From: the human T2T-CHM13v2.0 reference genome, Homo sapiens
NCBI RefSeq assembly: GCF_009914755.1
Contig: NC_060927.1
DNA length: 64,000 nucleotides
Reading direction: 5' to 3' (one strand)
Position numbers and translations under genes: made by a program
Part shown: piece by piece, positions 1 to 24,301 of the stretch
Numbering within the stretch: position 1 is the stretch's first letter
Layout: every line of letters starts with the position of its first letter
Notes under the pieces: model-generated
Databases searched by the model: none
Seen by the model: only the letters and a program-made list of their open reading frames with translations
Told to the model about the DNA's origin: nothing

Positions 1-3150
<3,150 letters not shown>

Positions 3151-3179
3151 CTAAAAGACTTTAAATATCTTAAAAATTG

Positions 3180-3425
3180 CATTTGATATTGTATGATTCA
3201 TCAAGACAGAAAGTAAAGCTGTAGTTGCCCTGGGAGGGCGGGGAATGGGGAGTCACTGTTTAATGGGTACAGGATTTCCATTTTACAAGACAAAAAGAAT
3301 TATGGAGATGGGTCATGATGATGCTTGCACAACATTGTGAATACATTTAATAACACTGAATTGTATACTTAATAGTGGTTAAGATGCAAATTGTTGAGTG
3401 TATTTTGCCACAATTAAAAAATGGA
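3180..3425 (+). mobile_element. Old L1M (L1MB-like) 3' end fragment
   Basis: GGGAATGGGGAGTCACTGTTTAATGGGTACAGG...TGCACAACATTGTGAATAC...TTTTGCCACAATTAAAAAA matches the L1MB 3'UTR pattern. Confidence 0.75.
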
Positions 3426-4039
3426 AAACAATAGTATTTGAAGATATAGCCCATTTCATCTGGTAGCTAGCTGTATGTGTCTGCTCAGCTGTGGATAGAT
3501 ATTTATGCTGTCTCTGAACTGTAGGTTACTGGTATTCTCTAAGTTATAGGAAAATTGATCTTATGTGGCTAACTGAGGTGGATATAGTTGTATCAGTCAG
3601 ACAGTAATGATATAATCATGATAGTTTACATTTAACAGAATTTACTTGTGTTATACTTTAGAAAGCACTTCATAGATATTATTACTTAATACCATTTTCC
3701 CCTTAACATATTTGTCTCTCCTTTCTCTGCTGACTTCAGAAAATGTCTCTTCTACACTACTCAATTCATCTCCTTATCTGTGTCAAAATTTTAAGTCTCA
3801 GAGTCTCCAAAAAAATTCCAGATAATCTCATCAGCTTTCGGTCATTGATTAATCGATGCCCTTAGAGGCTTTCCCTTCCCCTTCTCAATTTAACATAGCT
3901 TCCAAATACACTTGCCAGTAAAACAGAGTTGTTTATATGGTTTTGTATTTCTTCCTGTTGAATTATGAACATTTTTTCATATTGACATTTGTTTCCATCT
4001 GGCCATGAAATACTCGAGGTGAAGAAAATGAAACAAAAT

Positions 4040-4258
4040 GGTTAATATTTATCAAGAGCCAGGTACTGTTTTAAGTTTCCTAGAAGCATAAACTAGTGTG
4101 ATGCTCACCAGCTCATATGAGAGGCAAAAATGGATGAAACTATAAAACCAAGACACAGAGAGTTAAGGGAAATTTCCCAAGATCACACAGCCACTAAGGA
4201 TATGAACTAGATTTTGACTTCAGGCTATTTACCCCAGAGCCTGTGCTTTCAACCATCA
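4040..4258 (-). mobile_element. MIR SINE remnant
   Basis: Degenerate MIR core CACAGAGAGTTAAG...CCCAAGATCACACAGC...CCAGAGCCTGTGCTTTCAACCA. Confidence 0.7.
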
Positions 4259-4284
4259 TTTGTCCTGCTTCCCTAAATTATACT

Positions 4285-4475
4285 TGACTAGACTGTGACA
4301 TCAAATTTCACCTATAACACTGATTATCTGGGGAACTCTGCAACTTATTCTGAATATGACTCAGTTTCTTTTCTGTACAGAGATAAAGTCAGTATATACC
4401 TCATAGATTCGTTATAAGGATTATAAGAAATGACACATGAGAAGGCTTTAAAAGGACTTGGAAAGCAATAAGCTT
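4285..4475 (+). mobile_element. MIR SINE remnant, opposite orientation to its neighbour
   Basis: CTCAGTTTCTTTTCTGTACA...TACCTCATAGATTCGTTATAAGGATTA resembles the MIR core. Confidence 0.55.
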
Positions 4476-4889
4476 TTTTGTTTTCAGTCATTTTTCAATA
4501 GGTTATCAGTGTCATGAATGGTTCATGAAAAATGACTTTGGGCTTAGTGAGTAACTGAAATGTTGTTGCTTAATAGTGTGTTTAATATTAATATAATAGT
4601 AATAAATGTTGTTATTGTTGAGTAATAGTTATTTTTCTTTTCACTGCTTTTCTTTCCCAGTATTTTAGTCAGAGACTTAAGCCTCCTCAAGTGTGTACAC
4701 ATTTCTTAAATTTGTTGAAAAGTACCAAATTTAAGTTATCTTGCATTTTTCTCTTCCTTAGTAAACACTAAATTCCATCACGCAGCAGAAAAAGGTCTCT
4801 GTTATTGTCGGTACAATGGTTTAATATTCACTTTTATTCCCTGTGTGGTAGTTCTGATTTAATTGCTATTTAGAATAAAACTTGTTCTT

Positions 4890-4940
4890 ATTGCTTTCAT
4901 AATTATAAAATAGTTATAATTGCTTTCATAATTATAAAAT
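4890..4940. repeat. Local duplication: 22-bp exact repeat at period 29
   Basis: ATTGCTTTCATAATTATAAAAT at 4890-4911 and 4919-4940. Confidence 0.9.
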
Positions 4941-5056
4941 TTGTGTTTTAATGCCTTCTACACATATACTGTGCTTTTCTTTATTTCCTTATATCTTTTA
5001 CTGTTTCATAATCCTGGTATTTCAAATCTCATTAAGTGTTATTTGGGGATTTGCTG

Positions 5057-5098
5057 GGAATGTCATCTACATAGGAATGTCATCTACATGGTAATGTC
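5057..5098. repeat. 17-bp tandem duplication plus a partial third unit
   Basis: GGAATGTCATCTACATA GGAATGTCATCTACATG GTAATGTC. Confidence 0.9.
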
Positions 5099-7354
5099 TC
5101 AAGTTTGTAGCATCTTTAAAACATAATAGGAGATGGAATTCACAGCAGAGTAATAAGCCTCCTGCTTTAGACAATGTATTTGTGATTGGTATGACTTTGT
5201 TCCCAGAGGGCAGTTAGCAACACAATATTATGTCTATGAGTACAAGGAAATCAAACAAATTCTTAAAAATCTCCTTTAAAAAAACAGTGCCCAAGCCTAA
5301 CCAGTATCATGCATGGAATCCATTTCCACCTCTTCATATGGAAGCAACTCTGGGTGGACATCTAGAAAGTTGGATAACTATTTATCACATATGGTCTGCA
5401 AAGGGAGAGATTTATAAGAAAGTGTTAAATTTAATCCATAGGAAAGCAAAATCAAAAATCAATGAATTTTCCATTTGTAGTTTTCCCTAGGGGCTCTACT
5501 CTCAAGATGGCTTAAATGCATTAGAATTCAATGACTAGGCACAAGTGTTTGTTAGCGACATCAAAGCAAGGTAAACATTCCTGCTCTATGAGTCCAAGCA
5601 CAGGGACACTTGGTTTTCTTTGGAAGGATATCATAAAGGCAATGTTTATGAGTAATCTCCCGTTGTCTTTTCTTCTGTAGCATTCAATGGTATGTACTAT
5701 AATTTAGAAACGAAAACTACTTAAAGACCACTTGCTAAGTTTCATGTATTTCAAATTCTCAGATCGTGAGTGTTTAAATATGCCTATATTTCTTCATGAA
5801 AAAAACATAATCTTTGCCAAGTTAGAAAAAGAAAAAGTCATATTCCCATTTTTAACTAAATGTAGTCAGAAATTTGGACAGTTTTTAGCCTTCAATACAT
5901 TATGTAATTTGGGTAATAGGCTGAATAAAAGTAAGGAACTTCAGTTAAATTCAGAGAGAAACTAGTAATTGTTTCTAAGACTCAAATGTATAGAACGGAT
6001 CTCTGATAATAAGGATAAGACCCTCAAAGGTGACCCAAAATGGGTAATTGTGGGATTCTTTTGGGAGGAATCATCATAGACTCTCACTGCTATAAATACA
6101 GTCAAATGTCAGATAAATATACTCCACTGAAATGTTTTCTAGGAATGATGTTGGAACCAATGTTGGTAATTTTGAAAGTCATGGAGACGATTTCAGATGA
6201 TAGAAGTTGGGCAACTATCCCAGGTTTAATAAATAAGCAGATGGTGAGTTCCAAAATTGCTGTATCAATGAATCTTATATTGATCCTGAGCACAATTTCA
6301 GGAAGGTCCATTAAATGGGTCTTTTGAGAGCACTTAGGATAAAAGGCTGGCAGCAGGGATTCACTAAGAGCAATGGTGCCAAGCTTGCCTCTTTGACATT
6401 GTTATCTGACTGATAAAGGTAGGCTATAGCGGGACACAATACAGATATTTCCAGGGTAAGGCTGTTGAGCTGCTGTAATTTTCCTTGCCTCTTTGCTATC
6501 TTCTCCTATAGTCAACTCCTGAGGAAAGGATAGTTGACTTTTAATCTAGAAATGTATGTTAATTAGCAAAAACAAACAAATGAAACCATAAACTGTCCTT
6601 TAGGCTTCTCTCTGCTCAGTTATTAGATCATATGAATGTGCCCTTAGGAAACACAGAAGGCCCACACTATTATAGAGACAAATTTCTTACATTCTCTGCT
6701 GTTTAATGCTCTTCAAAAGACTTACATACTTCAGCAATTTGATTGCCAACTACTTGAACACAGGGACCAAAGTACTTATTAAAAATTTTGCATATTATTA
6801 GGGCATTAACTTTTAAGTATTCGATTGTTAAGACAATGCATATTATTATAAACCATAGAAGGCATACTTATTACCTCCTTAAGAACCAGTCTCTATTTCT
6901 CTGGTTCATAGAACTCCCAGGTCATAGAGGGATTGGACATTTGTGTCTTCATTTGGCCCTCTTCAGCCCTAGGATAAATAGTGATTAATCTAAGCCAATG
7001 GTTTCAGCTCTGTCTGACCCAATGCCTCTACTTCATAAGAAATTCTTCAAAGACCCGTTCACTATTCTAAACTATTAGTGAGAACACAATGTATGCATTC
7101 AAGTTGTTGAAAATATTAATGTTATGCTGCAGCTAACAAAGAAGAAATAATCTACTGTCAATATATAATCCAAAATGTAAATAATTGTGCCAGAATATTT
7201 ACCTATCAAATACAATAGAACATGATGAAATTTTCATATCTTCACCCATACCTTGAAACATTGTAAATATAAAGCTACAAATATAGTTTCATTGAATAAC
7301 CAAATACCAAAACTGCCATTTCTATTGTTGACATGATTGATCTGCATTGGTAAA

Positions 7355-7785
7355 TGTAATAGATACTTTCTGTTTGCCGCTTGTCCCCTGTTATACTCCC
7401 CTATTTACTGGCTTTTGTCCAAGTGGAATGGTCCATATTGAATATCTCAATAGGTTCCCTTGCTCATTACCTTCTATGCATGTTCATGAGATTAAAGGGA
7501 AGGAGGAAATGGGATTGGGGGTTCTTGCCTAAACTCCCTCTCTGCTAGGTCTCCTTGACCAATCTTTTTCATAAGAAAATCAGTGTTTCCATGTGTGATC
7601 AGGGCAGTTTACTCCCCGGAACTCTGCCTGCTGCTACTAACCCAGAGTTATTGTGGGGTGTGATTTCTGTGATTCCTTCACCCTTCTCCCCTGATATTTT
7701 TGTAAGTAGTCTCTTTGGAAATAAACCCATGTTAAATTATCTTAGTTTGGGTGTGTTCTCTTTTTCCTATTGAGACTGTGAAATG
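7355..7785 (+). mobile_element. Ancient ERVL-type solo LTR (LTR33-like), degenerate
   Basis: The 3' portion AATAAACCCATGTTAAATTATCTTAGTTTGGGTGTGTTCTC resembles the recalled LTR33 end. Boundaries are approximate. Confidence 0.45.
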
Positions 7786-8084
7786 AGTATCTAAATGAAA
7801 AAATCTACCATCTTTTCTCATGTACATTGTTTCATTCCTGCAAAATTCATGGCATATTAAAACCATGCAAAAGTACTTGGCACTTAGGCAGTTACATTTG
7901 GGTTTGTATAATTAAACAAAGCAGGTTATTCACCTTCATTACGTTAGAAAGTCATTCAGGACATACAGCAATCCTTGATTAGGAGCGGCTATCCCATGTT
8001 ACTGGACATTTGGCATCTCTGTTTTCCAATCCTGAAAGTTCTTCCTTAAAGTTCCAAAACGCCCTCACTTATTCTTTCCTGCCA

Positions 8085-8607
<523 letters not shown>

Positions 8608-8710
8608 AAAAACATTTTAACCAATAGCAAAGCACATTATTTCATTTCATTCTTTCAAAAGTTGCCAGTAATTTCAATTAAAAATATTATATAACATGCT
8701 TAATGCAATA

Positions 8711-9052
8711 CAAATGCTTTTCAATGTACAATGGGGTTAAGTCTTGATAAGCTGATCATAAATTGAAAATACTGTAAGTTAAAAATGTATTTAATATGCC
8801 TAACATACTGCACATCACAGCTTAGCCTGGCATACCTTTAATATGCTCAGAACACTTACATCAGCTGACAGCTGGGCAAAATCATTGAATACAAAACCCA
8901 TTTTATAATAAAGTATTGGATATTTTATGTAATTTGTTGAATATTGTACTGAAAGTGAAAAGCAGAATAGTTCTATTCAAAGCTATCACTTTTGCTTCAT
9001 CATAATGTTAAAAAAATCATAAATTGAACCATTATAAGTTGGTGACCATCTG
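8711..9052 (+). mobile_element. MER47A-like TcMar-Tigger non-autonomous DNA transposon
   Basis: Starts after TA with CAAATGC...ACAATGGGGTTA, contains GCTCAGAACACTTACAT and GTACTGAAAGTGAAAA, and ends AAGTTGGTGACCATCTG (degenerate TIR). Confidence 0.8.
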
Positions 9053-9150
9053 CGTATATGTATGTGCATGTGTATCTATATAAATATGTATGTTTATATA
9101 TGTGTGCATATATATCCTCTGTGTGTGAGTGTGTGTGTGTGTGTGTGTGT
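9053..9150. repeat. (TA/TG)-rich tract ending in a (GT)n microsatellite
   Basis: Direct reading; near-pure GT run at ~9120-9150. Confidence 0.9.
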
Positions 9151-10304
9151 ATGAAATTGCAGGAAAGTAAAATTTCTTATCTTATAGATATAGCATTGTT
9201 AACATGTTGGTACCTATCCTCCTGAGATGTAAAATTTTACATGGATAGATGTGTACATTTACAGTTGTACACAAAGAGAAACATATTCTGTCGGCTCTTT
9301 ATTTTTCTGCAGTTTCATTCAACACTATCTGGTTTATATGGATGATTACATATATAATGCTAGGATGAAGGTTCTCTATAACTTTGAAACTTCCTTGATT
9401 ATCAACACTTGGCATATTCTTGGAATAGGATTATATTTTAGAATTAAGATCCTTGTTTCAGGACTCTAGCCTGTTAACACACAGAGCCAATAATTATTCA
9501 GAATGGTTGGGTTAGTTCACATTCCCACAGATGGGACTCAAATGTCCAGGCTGCACAGCCTCATTAACACTAGATTTTCTGGACATTTTATATAGTATTT
9601 CATCTGATATAAAAAGTAGAATTCTAATTTAATTATGGTTGTTAATTTATTTTTCTTTTTAGTCATTAGGAAAATGTTTAACTATATGAAAAGCCAGGAA
9701 AGGGTTTTTTTTTTTTAAAAGGTAGTACTTCAGAAATATTTGTGATACTTAATTTTTAAAAATTAACTCTAAAAGAATCTTGAAATGTCTCTTTAATGAA
9801 ATAGGTCATAAATACTGGTCACATTAGTGAAAAATATGTGTTTAAAATTAAAATACCTGTAGCAATCCTGTAAATATTAATAATTTTTTAAAGAATGACA
9901 TCTTCAAAATATAAATGTTCTAAACTTATAATTAGTTAAATATGTCTCTATTAGTACATATAGATATATATATCTAAATAAATTTGAAGATTTCAAATTC
10001 CAGGTACAATATAATTTTTTTCTATCCTGTGATTTGTCATTCAGGATTTTGTAATTTGAACAGTAATATTTTGCCCTAACCACATGTCTGTCTTTTCTCT
10101 TACCTAAAAATGTTATTTTATGAAAAATTGTTTTAAAGGTCAGTTTGCATGTTTGAAAAGCATCTTGTACAACGTTACATAATATATTGCATATTTGGTT
10201 ATATTGTTTTAACTGTGTAAATATGGTTTAAATCTATGATGCTCTTTAATGCTGATCATGGTGCAAAGCAAACTTATCTGTATAAAAGGCTCCTGTTAAT
10301 TTTT

Positions 10305-16367
<6,063 letters not shown>

Positions 16368-17727
16368 TAATTTTTAACTTTCAAAAGATTGGATGCATTC
16401 ACCTTCTTCTGAATTTTAATTCCTGTTGGAAAGATTGTGAAAGCTCAAGAGGGTAATGAATCAGCTTCTGATTATATTCTGGAATCATGATTTGATCACC
16501 CATCCAAGAATGAGTATTCACTTTCCTTTACATTACACACATGCATAATACCATGCTGAGTGATGCTGGAAAAGGTGCGTCTTCAGTAATGCCTTCGTGA
16601 AATTACAGTCTCACTACACCGAGGTATTTTCGTTTTAACCCTTTCTTTCTTTTCTGCTGTGAATATGTGCCTTCTAAGAGATGAACAACTGGGAAAAACT
16701 GAAAAAGAACCTTCATCTAATTCAGTAACTAGCTTTTGTATCTTCTAAGAATTTTTGTCTCCAGAAAGCTCTGATTTTCATTCCTTTACAAGCTTTATTT
16801 CTCTCTCCTTTCCAACACCAGACTTTGCTGTGTTTGTTTTCTGTAACTTTTTTAGAGACGCCTACAATAGAAAAAAACTATGACATATTCAATACATCTG
16901 AAAATTTTGCGTTGCCATAGATAAGAATGAATTATCTGTTTATAAAGAAAAAACAATAAAAATATGAACCAAGAAAGCACAGAAGGTAGTAACCACATTT
17001 AGATGTTTATCATGGAATCATATTTATAATCCATCTGTTACAATTCCACAGAGCAAATTACAAGTAATTGTGAAGTTTCCCCTCATTTTATAGGTTTGGT
17101 CTTGTAAGGCATACAACACAAATTTTAATTACTTTTCTTTTTGGTATTTGGGTCTTAATTTGGTCAAGTGGCCACTGGGTAGATGATGGAGCCTCTTGAG
17201 ACATGCAGTCTTCTTCTAGCTTTGTTGATGTAAATATTACTGTGTATTTTTCATTCATTTATTATTTTACAAGGCATGCTTCATTAAAAATATGTCAGCA
17301 TCTCATTGACAAATCACTAAATTTAAAAGACACAAGAAAAAAACAATTTATTTAAAACATTCCTATGTAAAAGTAGTCACCACTCTTACTATTCTTCAAA
17401 TATTCTTATTCTATTTAAACGCAAGCCTAGTTTTATCTCGAGCGTCTGACCTTGATGATATTGTACACTTTAAACTTAGAAACAATTGAACTCTATTGGA
17501 AATTTCCTACACATCAGCTTTTCTAGATGCCAAGTACCTTGTTTCAGCCACGGTGATGACAGCAAATTGGGTTCTCAGGGATTCTGGCCTCTGGCATCGT
17601 CTCAGTTGTTTATAATTGAAGTTGGCTCTGATGAGAACTCAGCTTAGATGCATGGTTGGACTTCTGGGCTTAAGACTGGCCTGCCAGGAGGTTGCATTGA
17701 GGTGTAACTAGGCAAAGAAAGAAGGAG

Positions 17728-18180
17728 TTTATTGCGGTACTACTCACAATAGCAAAGACTTGGAACCAACCCAAATGTCCAACAATGATAGACTGGATTA
17801 AGAAAATGTGGCACATATACACCATGGAATACTATGCAGCCATAAAAAATGATGAGTGCATGTCCTTTGCAGGGACATGGATGAAGTTGGAAACCATCAT
17901 TCTCAGCAAACTATCGCAAGGACAAAAAACCAAACACAGCATGTTCTCACTCATAGGTGGGAATTGAACAATGAGAACACATGGACACAGGAAGGGGAAC
18001 ATCACATGCCATGGCCTGTTGTGGGGTGAGGGGCTAGGGGAGGGAAAGCATTAGGGGATATACCTAATGTAAATGACTACTTAATGGGTGCAGCACCCAA
18101 CATGGCACATGTATACATATATAACAAACTTGCACGTTGTGCACAGGTACCCTAGAACTTAAAGTATAATAAAAAAAAAT
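17728..18180 (+). mobile_element. 5'-truncated L1PA (PA5/6-like) 3' end
   Basis: ORF2 C-terminus [17 protein letters not shown]...SLIGGN, 3'UTR and poly(A). TSD GAAAGAAGGAG at 17717-17727 and 18181-18191. Confidence 0.96.
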
Positions 18181-19788
18181 GAAAGAAGGAGGTTGGGCAA
18201 AATTACCAACAATCTTCAACTATGAATTTTTATGAGTAGGGGCTTCCCACACCATCAGGCACTCCGAGCTGCAGAAACAAGGGATGTTGAATTGAAAGTT
18301 TAATTTTTTAGGCTTGATAGTCAGATTAGGGAAGTTTTGGGTATACCTTTCCCACTCTAGAGCCCTCTCCCTAACTCAGGGCCAATTTGAGACATGGGCT
18401 AAATGGAAAAGAGTGCCAAGATCAATTAGAAATATCCACCATGAACACAGGAGGCAGGCATTCTGGCCAAGGGGTGCGTCTTCCCACTTTGTAATCCAGA
18501 GTGCGATTTCTTCTTGCTATCTGTCTCTCCATAAATAAGCGTTGGGCGGAGGACAAGCTGGTTACAATTGAGGATGGAACGAGATTCTAGCAGAATTGCA
18601 AAATGAACTGAGAGCCACAAAAATGTGCCTCTGTGAACCAGCAGAGACAGCTGTGGAAGGCAAAGGAAGAGGAGCCAAAAGGCCAGATAACATTCCTGCT
18701 TCCCCTACATTGTGGGAGTGAAATTGTCAGCAACCTATGTCAGTAATTAACGAGAGGCTTTTTAGAGAGTAAGACTTCTGATAGACACCTCAATAGCTGA
18801 AGTCGCTCTTCAGTGCTGCACATAACCTGTGGACAGATTTTCATCATCATTAATTCATTTATTCAACAGATATTAAATTCAAAGCATAGTTCTAAACTAT
18901 GCAGTCAATTACAAAAAATAAATAATGAAGGGCATTAGCTCTGCCTCATAGGACGTTAAAACTCTAGCTGCTAAATGAGACAAATAGGGTTCCCACATCA
19001 AGTGCCTGCGCTCCTGTTATAACCTGGACTCTGCTTCCAATGGCTTCTCTTGTTTCTGTTTTGGTAAACCCATCATTTGGCTTAGTCCCTATCCTTGCCA
19101 TGGTCACCCACCAGTAGGTGGACCTCCTTGACCATAACTACAGGCATAGATCTTTGATTGTTTCTTTTCAAATGTTTGCTTACTTTAGAGCTGCAGTCAA
19201 ATGTTGTTTGGACCATAAGACTCTGAGGCTGTGTGTGGTTGAAACTGTCTTGAGACTCAAAGAGCTATTGAGGAAAGGATTTGGTGCCGAACTCTTGAAA
19301 TTTTTCTCTGTCTCTCACACATCTGGGGCTGAATAGCTGAATATATTGTTTAATTTCTACATCGATGATAGTTTAATAGGCATTCATGCAAATCAGTTCT
19401 GCTGGGAGTTTATTATCCTACTCCAATAACAAGTAATGCATTCCTTAAATTTAATGTACATATAAATTCTACATGGTAAGTGAAGCTGTCTTTATGAATT
19501 GCTGCTATAGAATATACTAGATTGTGTAGGTTTTAGTACAATCTAGGTAATTATCAAGCCATTGTAATATTTTCAAGAAAGTGATCCTTTCACTTCAGTT
19601 TATGGAACTTGGAAATTTTTCAGTTGCCACCCACTAGTTAGATCATAAACTGAATTCTATATATCTGAATTTATTTTTCTATTTATAAATTTATCTGGAT
19701 GCTTTCTCAAAGGTTTCCCAGATTAAAAACCTATGGCTTTGTAAAATTAAAAGAGAAGTAATAAGAATTGTGTTAAAAAACAGAATCA

Positions 19789-20119
<331 letters not shown>

Positions 20120-20171
20120 TCACACAATGAGAGAGGTTGTATAGCCCTTTTAATTATCCATAATGTATGTA

Positions 20172-20244
20172 TTTCTTTTTCTTTGTAACAGTTTATCGGC
20201 ATGAAAATTTTCTTTTTCTGTGTAATAGTTTATCAGCATGAAAA
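20172..20244. repeat. 37-bp-period tandem duplication
   Basis: TTTCTTTTTCTTTGTAACAGTTTATCGGCATGAAAA versus TTTCTTTTTCTGTGTAATAGTTTATCAGCATGAAAA, 3 mismatches. Confidence 0.9.
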
Positions 20245-20279
20245 AAAAGAGTCACTGAACACTGATAATTTTCTCTCTC

Positions 20280-20551
<272 letters not shown>

Positions 20552-23500
20552 GTAATGATTTTCATTTAATGGTGTTCTACAAAGTGAGTTTAGGCAGTGA
20601 AAGGGCACATGTCCTCTATAATTTACCAGAAAGTAGTACCGGTCACCAGCGTTGAAGCATACTCCTAACCCTAGAAAATTTATTCAGCTGCCAGAATTAA
20701 TCTCAGATTTTGAGACTGGAGCAAAGACTAATTTGGTATGTGTTCATTCAGATTAGTAAATCTCCATGGTGTTTGAACTGTATAATATCAAATCTAAAAT
20801 AAGCCAAGAGAGTTGGACAATTTCTCATCTCTCAGAAAAAAATGCATCATTTTTAAGAGATTTAAGATTGAATTTAAAATCCAACTGCCTATTCCAGTGT
20901 ATGTTTCTCCAGAATAAGGCCAAGCCCTACAAATTCCGGGATAGTGTCCTCCAAGTTGTGTTTTAGGTGATAATTGATAAATCTATAGTTTAGATACATA
21001 TGGGATTCCATATAACTCTAGCTCCTGCCTTTGCGAGTAAAAATTGGCAGTAATCATGGTCTTAATGGAGGCACGTGGCTAATTGGAATTTTCAGTACCA
21101 AAAGTCTTCTTGTTACTAGGTTATCAGGGTACCCTATAATAGTATCCATAACTCATTGCTCACTTGTCTATTTTGACTTCTTTTTTAAAAAGACAATTTT
21201 AAACTTAGAGGTTTTGTACCTCAATTTACATATGCAGCACATTTATAAAATAATCATGCCTTTGCATATTTTTCCTTTGATATCTTAACTATATATCCAA
21301 GCCATTTATGTTGTTTAATTGCCACAAATATCGCACTGAAATAGAGTAATAGGTACAAAAATGCCTGGTATAACATTTATTCTTGTTCTTGAAAGTTATT
21401 TTAATCCCTATGTTTAATATATTCCTAGACAATTATATGTAACTATAATTATTTCTGCTAGGTAGAAATATTTTTGTGGTCAACATTTGTGAAATGCCTT
21501 GTAAATAAAAATATGCTTGAGTAGAAATAGTATTTTGCAAATATAGCCCTAAATAGAGCTACTGATTTTACCAAGAATTAAAGACTCCAAACCCTGTCTT
21601 TTTCTTTCAACTTTGGTTTATAGGAACATCTAATTACAATGAGCCAAAAGCCTATCTGATCATTAATGAGGTAAATTTGACACTTCCAAATGATGCAGCT
21701 AATTTGTAATAGGTTTTTGAAGTGCAAATTACACGTTTCTGTTTAAATAATGACACTAAAATATGGACACTATCTATTCACACTCTATATATACAACTAA
21801 CTCCAACTTGTCTCTAGAAGAAAGGTTTAATTTTTCAGGTCTCATCCACAAAATGAAGTGTTAATAAGCTGTATCTTTATTCTCACTTTTAAGTAATTTC
21901 TTCTTAACCATTGTATAACACTACTACAGTTTGTATGAGGATAAAATAACTAATGGTGAGAAATCCAGTTCTTTAAAGAAATCATTTTACCTTCAATCAC
22001 TTTTAGGATATCTATGCTTTTAGAGTAAGGATGAAAATTTATAAACATTTGTTAAATTATGCAACTGTTTTCGAAGATGTTTCAAAATTACATTTTCCTT
22101 ATCGTACAACTAGTTTTCACATATTCACAAATGAGACACGCGAGAGTTATTAATGCAAAAGCATAGCATATCAACAAAGTGTATAATGTAAATAGTTTAG
22201 TTAGGAAAGAATGTAATGAGTGAATTATCAAAGCTATTTTATTGGTTCCTAGATTTACCATAGAAGAAAATAACGCACCCTTATAAAAATTTCTCAGCGC
22301 TGAGTCCATTTAAGGTCTATTTTGTATGCTATAAGTTCTAAAAAATGTTATTGCTGGTAAAAATAGAGTGCCTATCTAAAATTGTCTTTTTAAAGGTTCT
22401 CTCTTATTCTTCTTCCCTTCCTATGTGTGCACAGAATACTATCATTGTCTTGATTGGAACACTGTCTGTCTTTCTCAGAGGGTGTACAGTTGTAGAAGGG
22501 AGAAAATATTTGTTAATTTTGCTTCGTATAAGATAAGGTCTCAATGGTTGAAGGTCAGTTAACAAACTTTTTGTTTGTCTTCATACTATTATTTTAGAAT
22601 TACCAACTGGCTTCTATTTAGATTTTGAATAATGAAAGAAAAGAACTAGCATTTGTTAGAACTTACTGGGTTCCAAAAACTTTATTGATACCATTTCTTC
22701 TCATTATCACATTCATTCTTTCAATTAGTAGTTTTTTTTCCGTCTTAAGAAGGTGGGACCAGAGGCTTTGTAATGTCCACTAACCCACTGTGGATTTCAT
22801 GGCTTGCAAGAGGAAGAAAGCATGGTGGAACTCAGGTTTGTCTGATTCCAAATTCACATGCTTTCATGTCTCCATGAAAAATAGAAAAGATAAACTGGGC
22901 TCTATTATAACAAGAGAAACACAATTTCCCATCAGATAAATGAATAATTCTTAAACCTCAAAAATAAAACACGTAGCAAAAGCTCAATTCAAGAGTAGAC
23001 ATAAAGGTTGTGACATGGGTAGCAGGGACATATGTCTAGTGACATAGATTTGCTATGCATATCTGACCAAATATCTCCCTCATGATTTTCAAATCAGATG
23101 CACAACTGCATTTAATGAGTTTCATGAATCATTAATATCAGGCTCTGAAAACAGGATCATTAAAAAAATTAAGATTTTCAACAACAAAGATCTTATCTAA
23201 ATAGTAAGGAAATTATATTAGAGGGCTCCATTCCCTGGGCAGACTAGTTAACAATTCAACTTGTTCAAAGCTATAAAATATGGCAACTTAAAAAATTATG
23301 AAAGTTTTTCTAACTTTGTGCTTAAGGCCATTCTTCCTCTTGAGAATAAAAAGGGCAGATTTTCTGTCGAAGCATTTTGCTATTGCTTTTCAATTTCCAT
23401 TTATGGGAAATAGATAAAATAACAATTTTTTAGTTATAAATTTAAAGTCAAAATGGAGATAATTAAGTAATTATCTCCATTAATTAAGTAAAGATTAATG

Positions 23501-23594
23501 TCTTTAAAAATAGCATTTACTAAATTCTAATCTCATCTTGATCTCTCAGTTCTACGAACACCTTTGATCTAATGATAATGTTTTCCAACAGAAT

Positions 23595-24290
23595 TGTTTC
23601 TACTCAAACTTCTGAGATCAAATTTGTGGATTTAGTCTCACCCCAACCAATTCTTCAACTCTCAGGACACCAACTGGTGTCCTACAATTCAATTCAATCC
23701 TGAGACTATCTATCTGGAGATAGCATCAGATCCCACAAGTTCAGGGTTCAGACCCACAAGACTGCCCCCCCTCCCCCATCAACCATTACAGATGAGTTGT
23801 GGGCCTCCCACACTCCTGACCAACTGGCTATAAATTAGGACCTCCATGGATTCCTTCCCCAGGTTCTATAATTTGCTAAGATGGCTCACAGAACCCACAA
23901 AAGCACTTTGCTTACATTTACTGTCTGATACAAATCAGGAATAGTCAAATAGAAGACACACATCGGGCCAGGTATGGTGAAAAGGGACACAAAGCTGCCA
24001 TATGCCTTCTCGGTATATCATTGTGTCACCCTCCCAGCACCTCAGAGGTGATGGAGGAGAGGGCTGACAGTTTCAACCATCTAGTTATGCCTTCATCTTT
24101 CTGGTGTCCAGCACCCACCCTGAAGCTATACGGGTCTGTAGCCACCAGTCATGTCATGTCAATAGCATAAACTCAGGTATGGCTAAAAGGGACTTATGAC
24201 TAGTAAAGGATGGTCCTCTCATCTCTATCAGGAAATTTCAAGTTTTAGGAACTCTGTACCATGAACTGGGGAGGAAGACCAAATAGGACA
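23595..24290. mobile_element. MER21-family LTR remnant
   Basis: Motifs GGACACCAACTGG..GTCCTACAATTCAATTC, GCATCAGATCCCACAAG, CCCACAAGACTGCCCC and ATAATTTGCTA..ATGGCTCACAGAAC match the recalled MER21 consensus. Confidence 0.75.
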
Positions 24291-24301
24291 TACCCTAGAC
24301 C

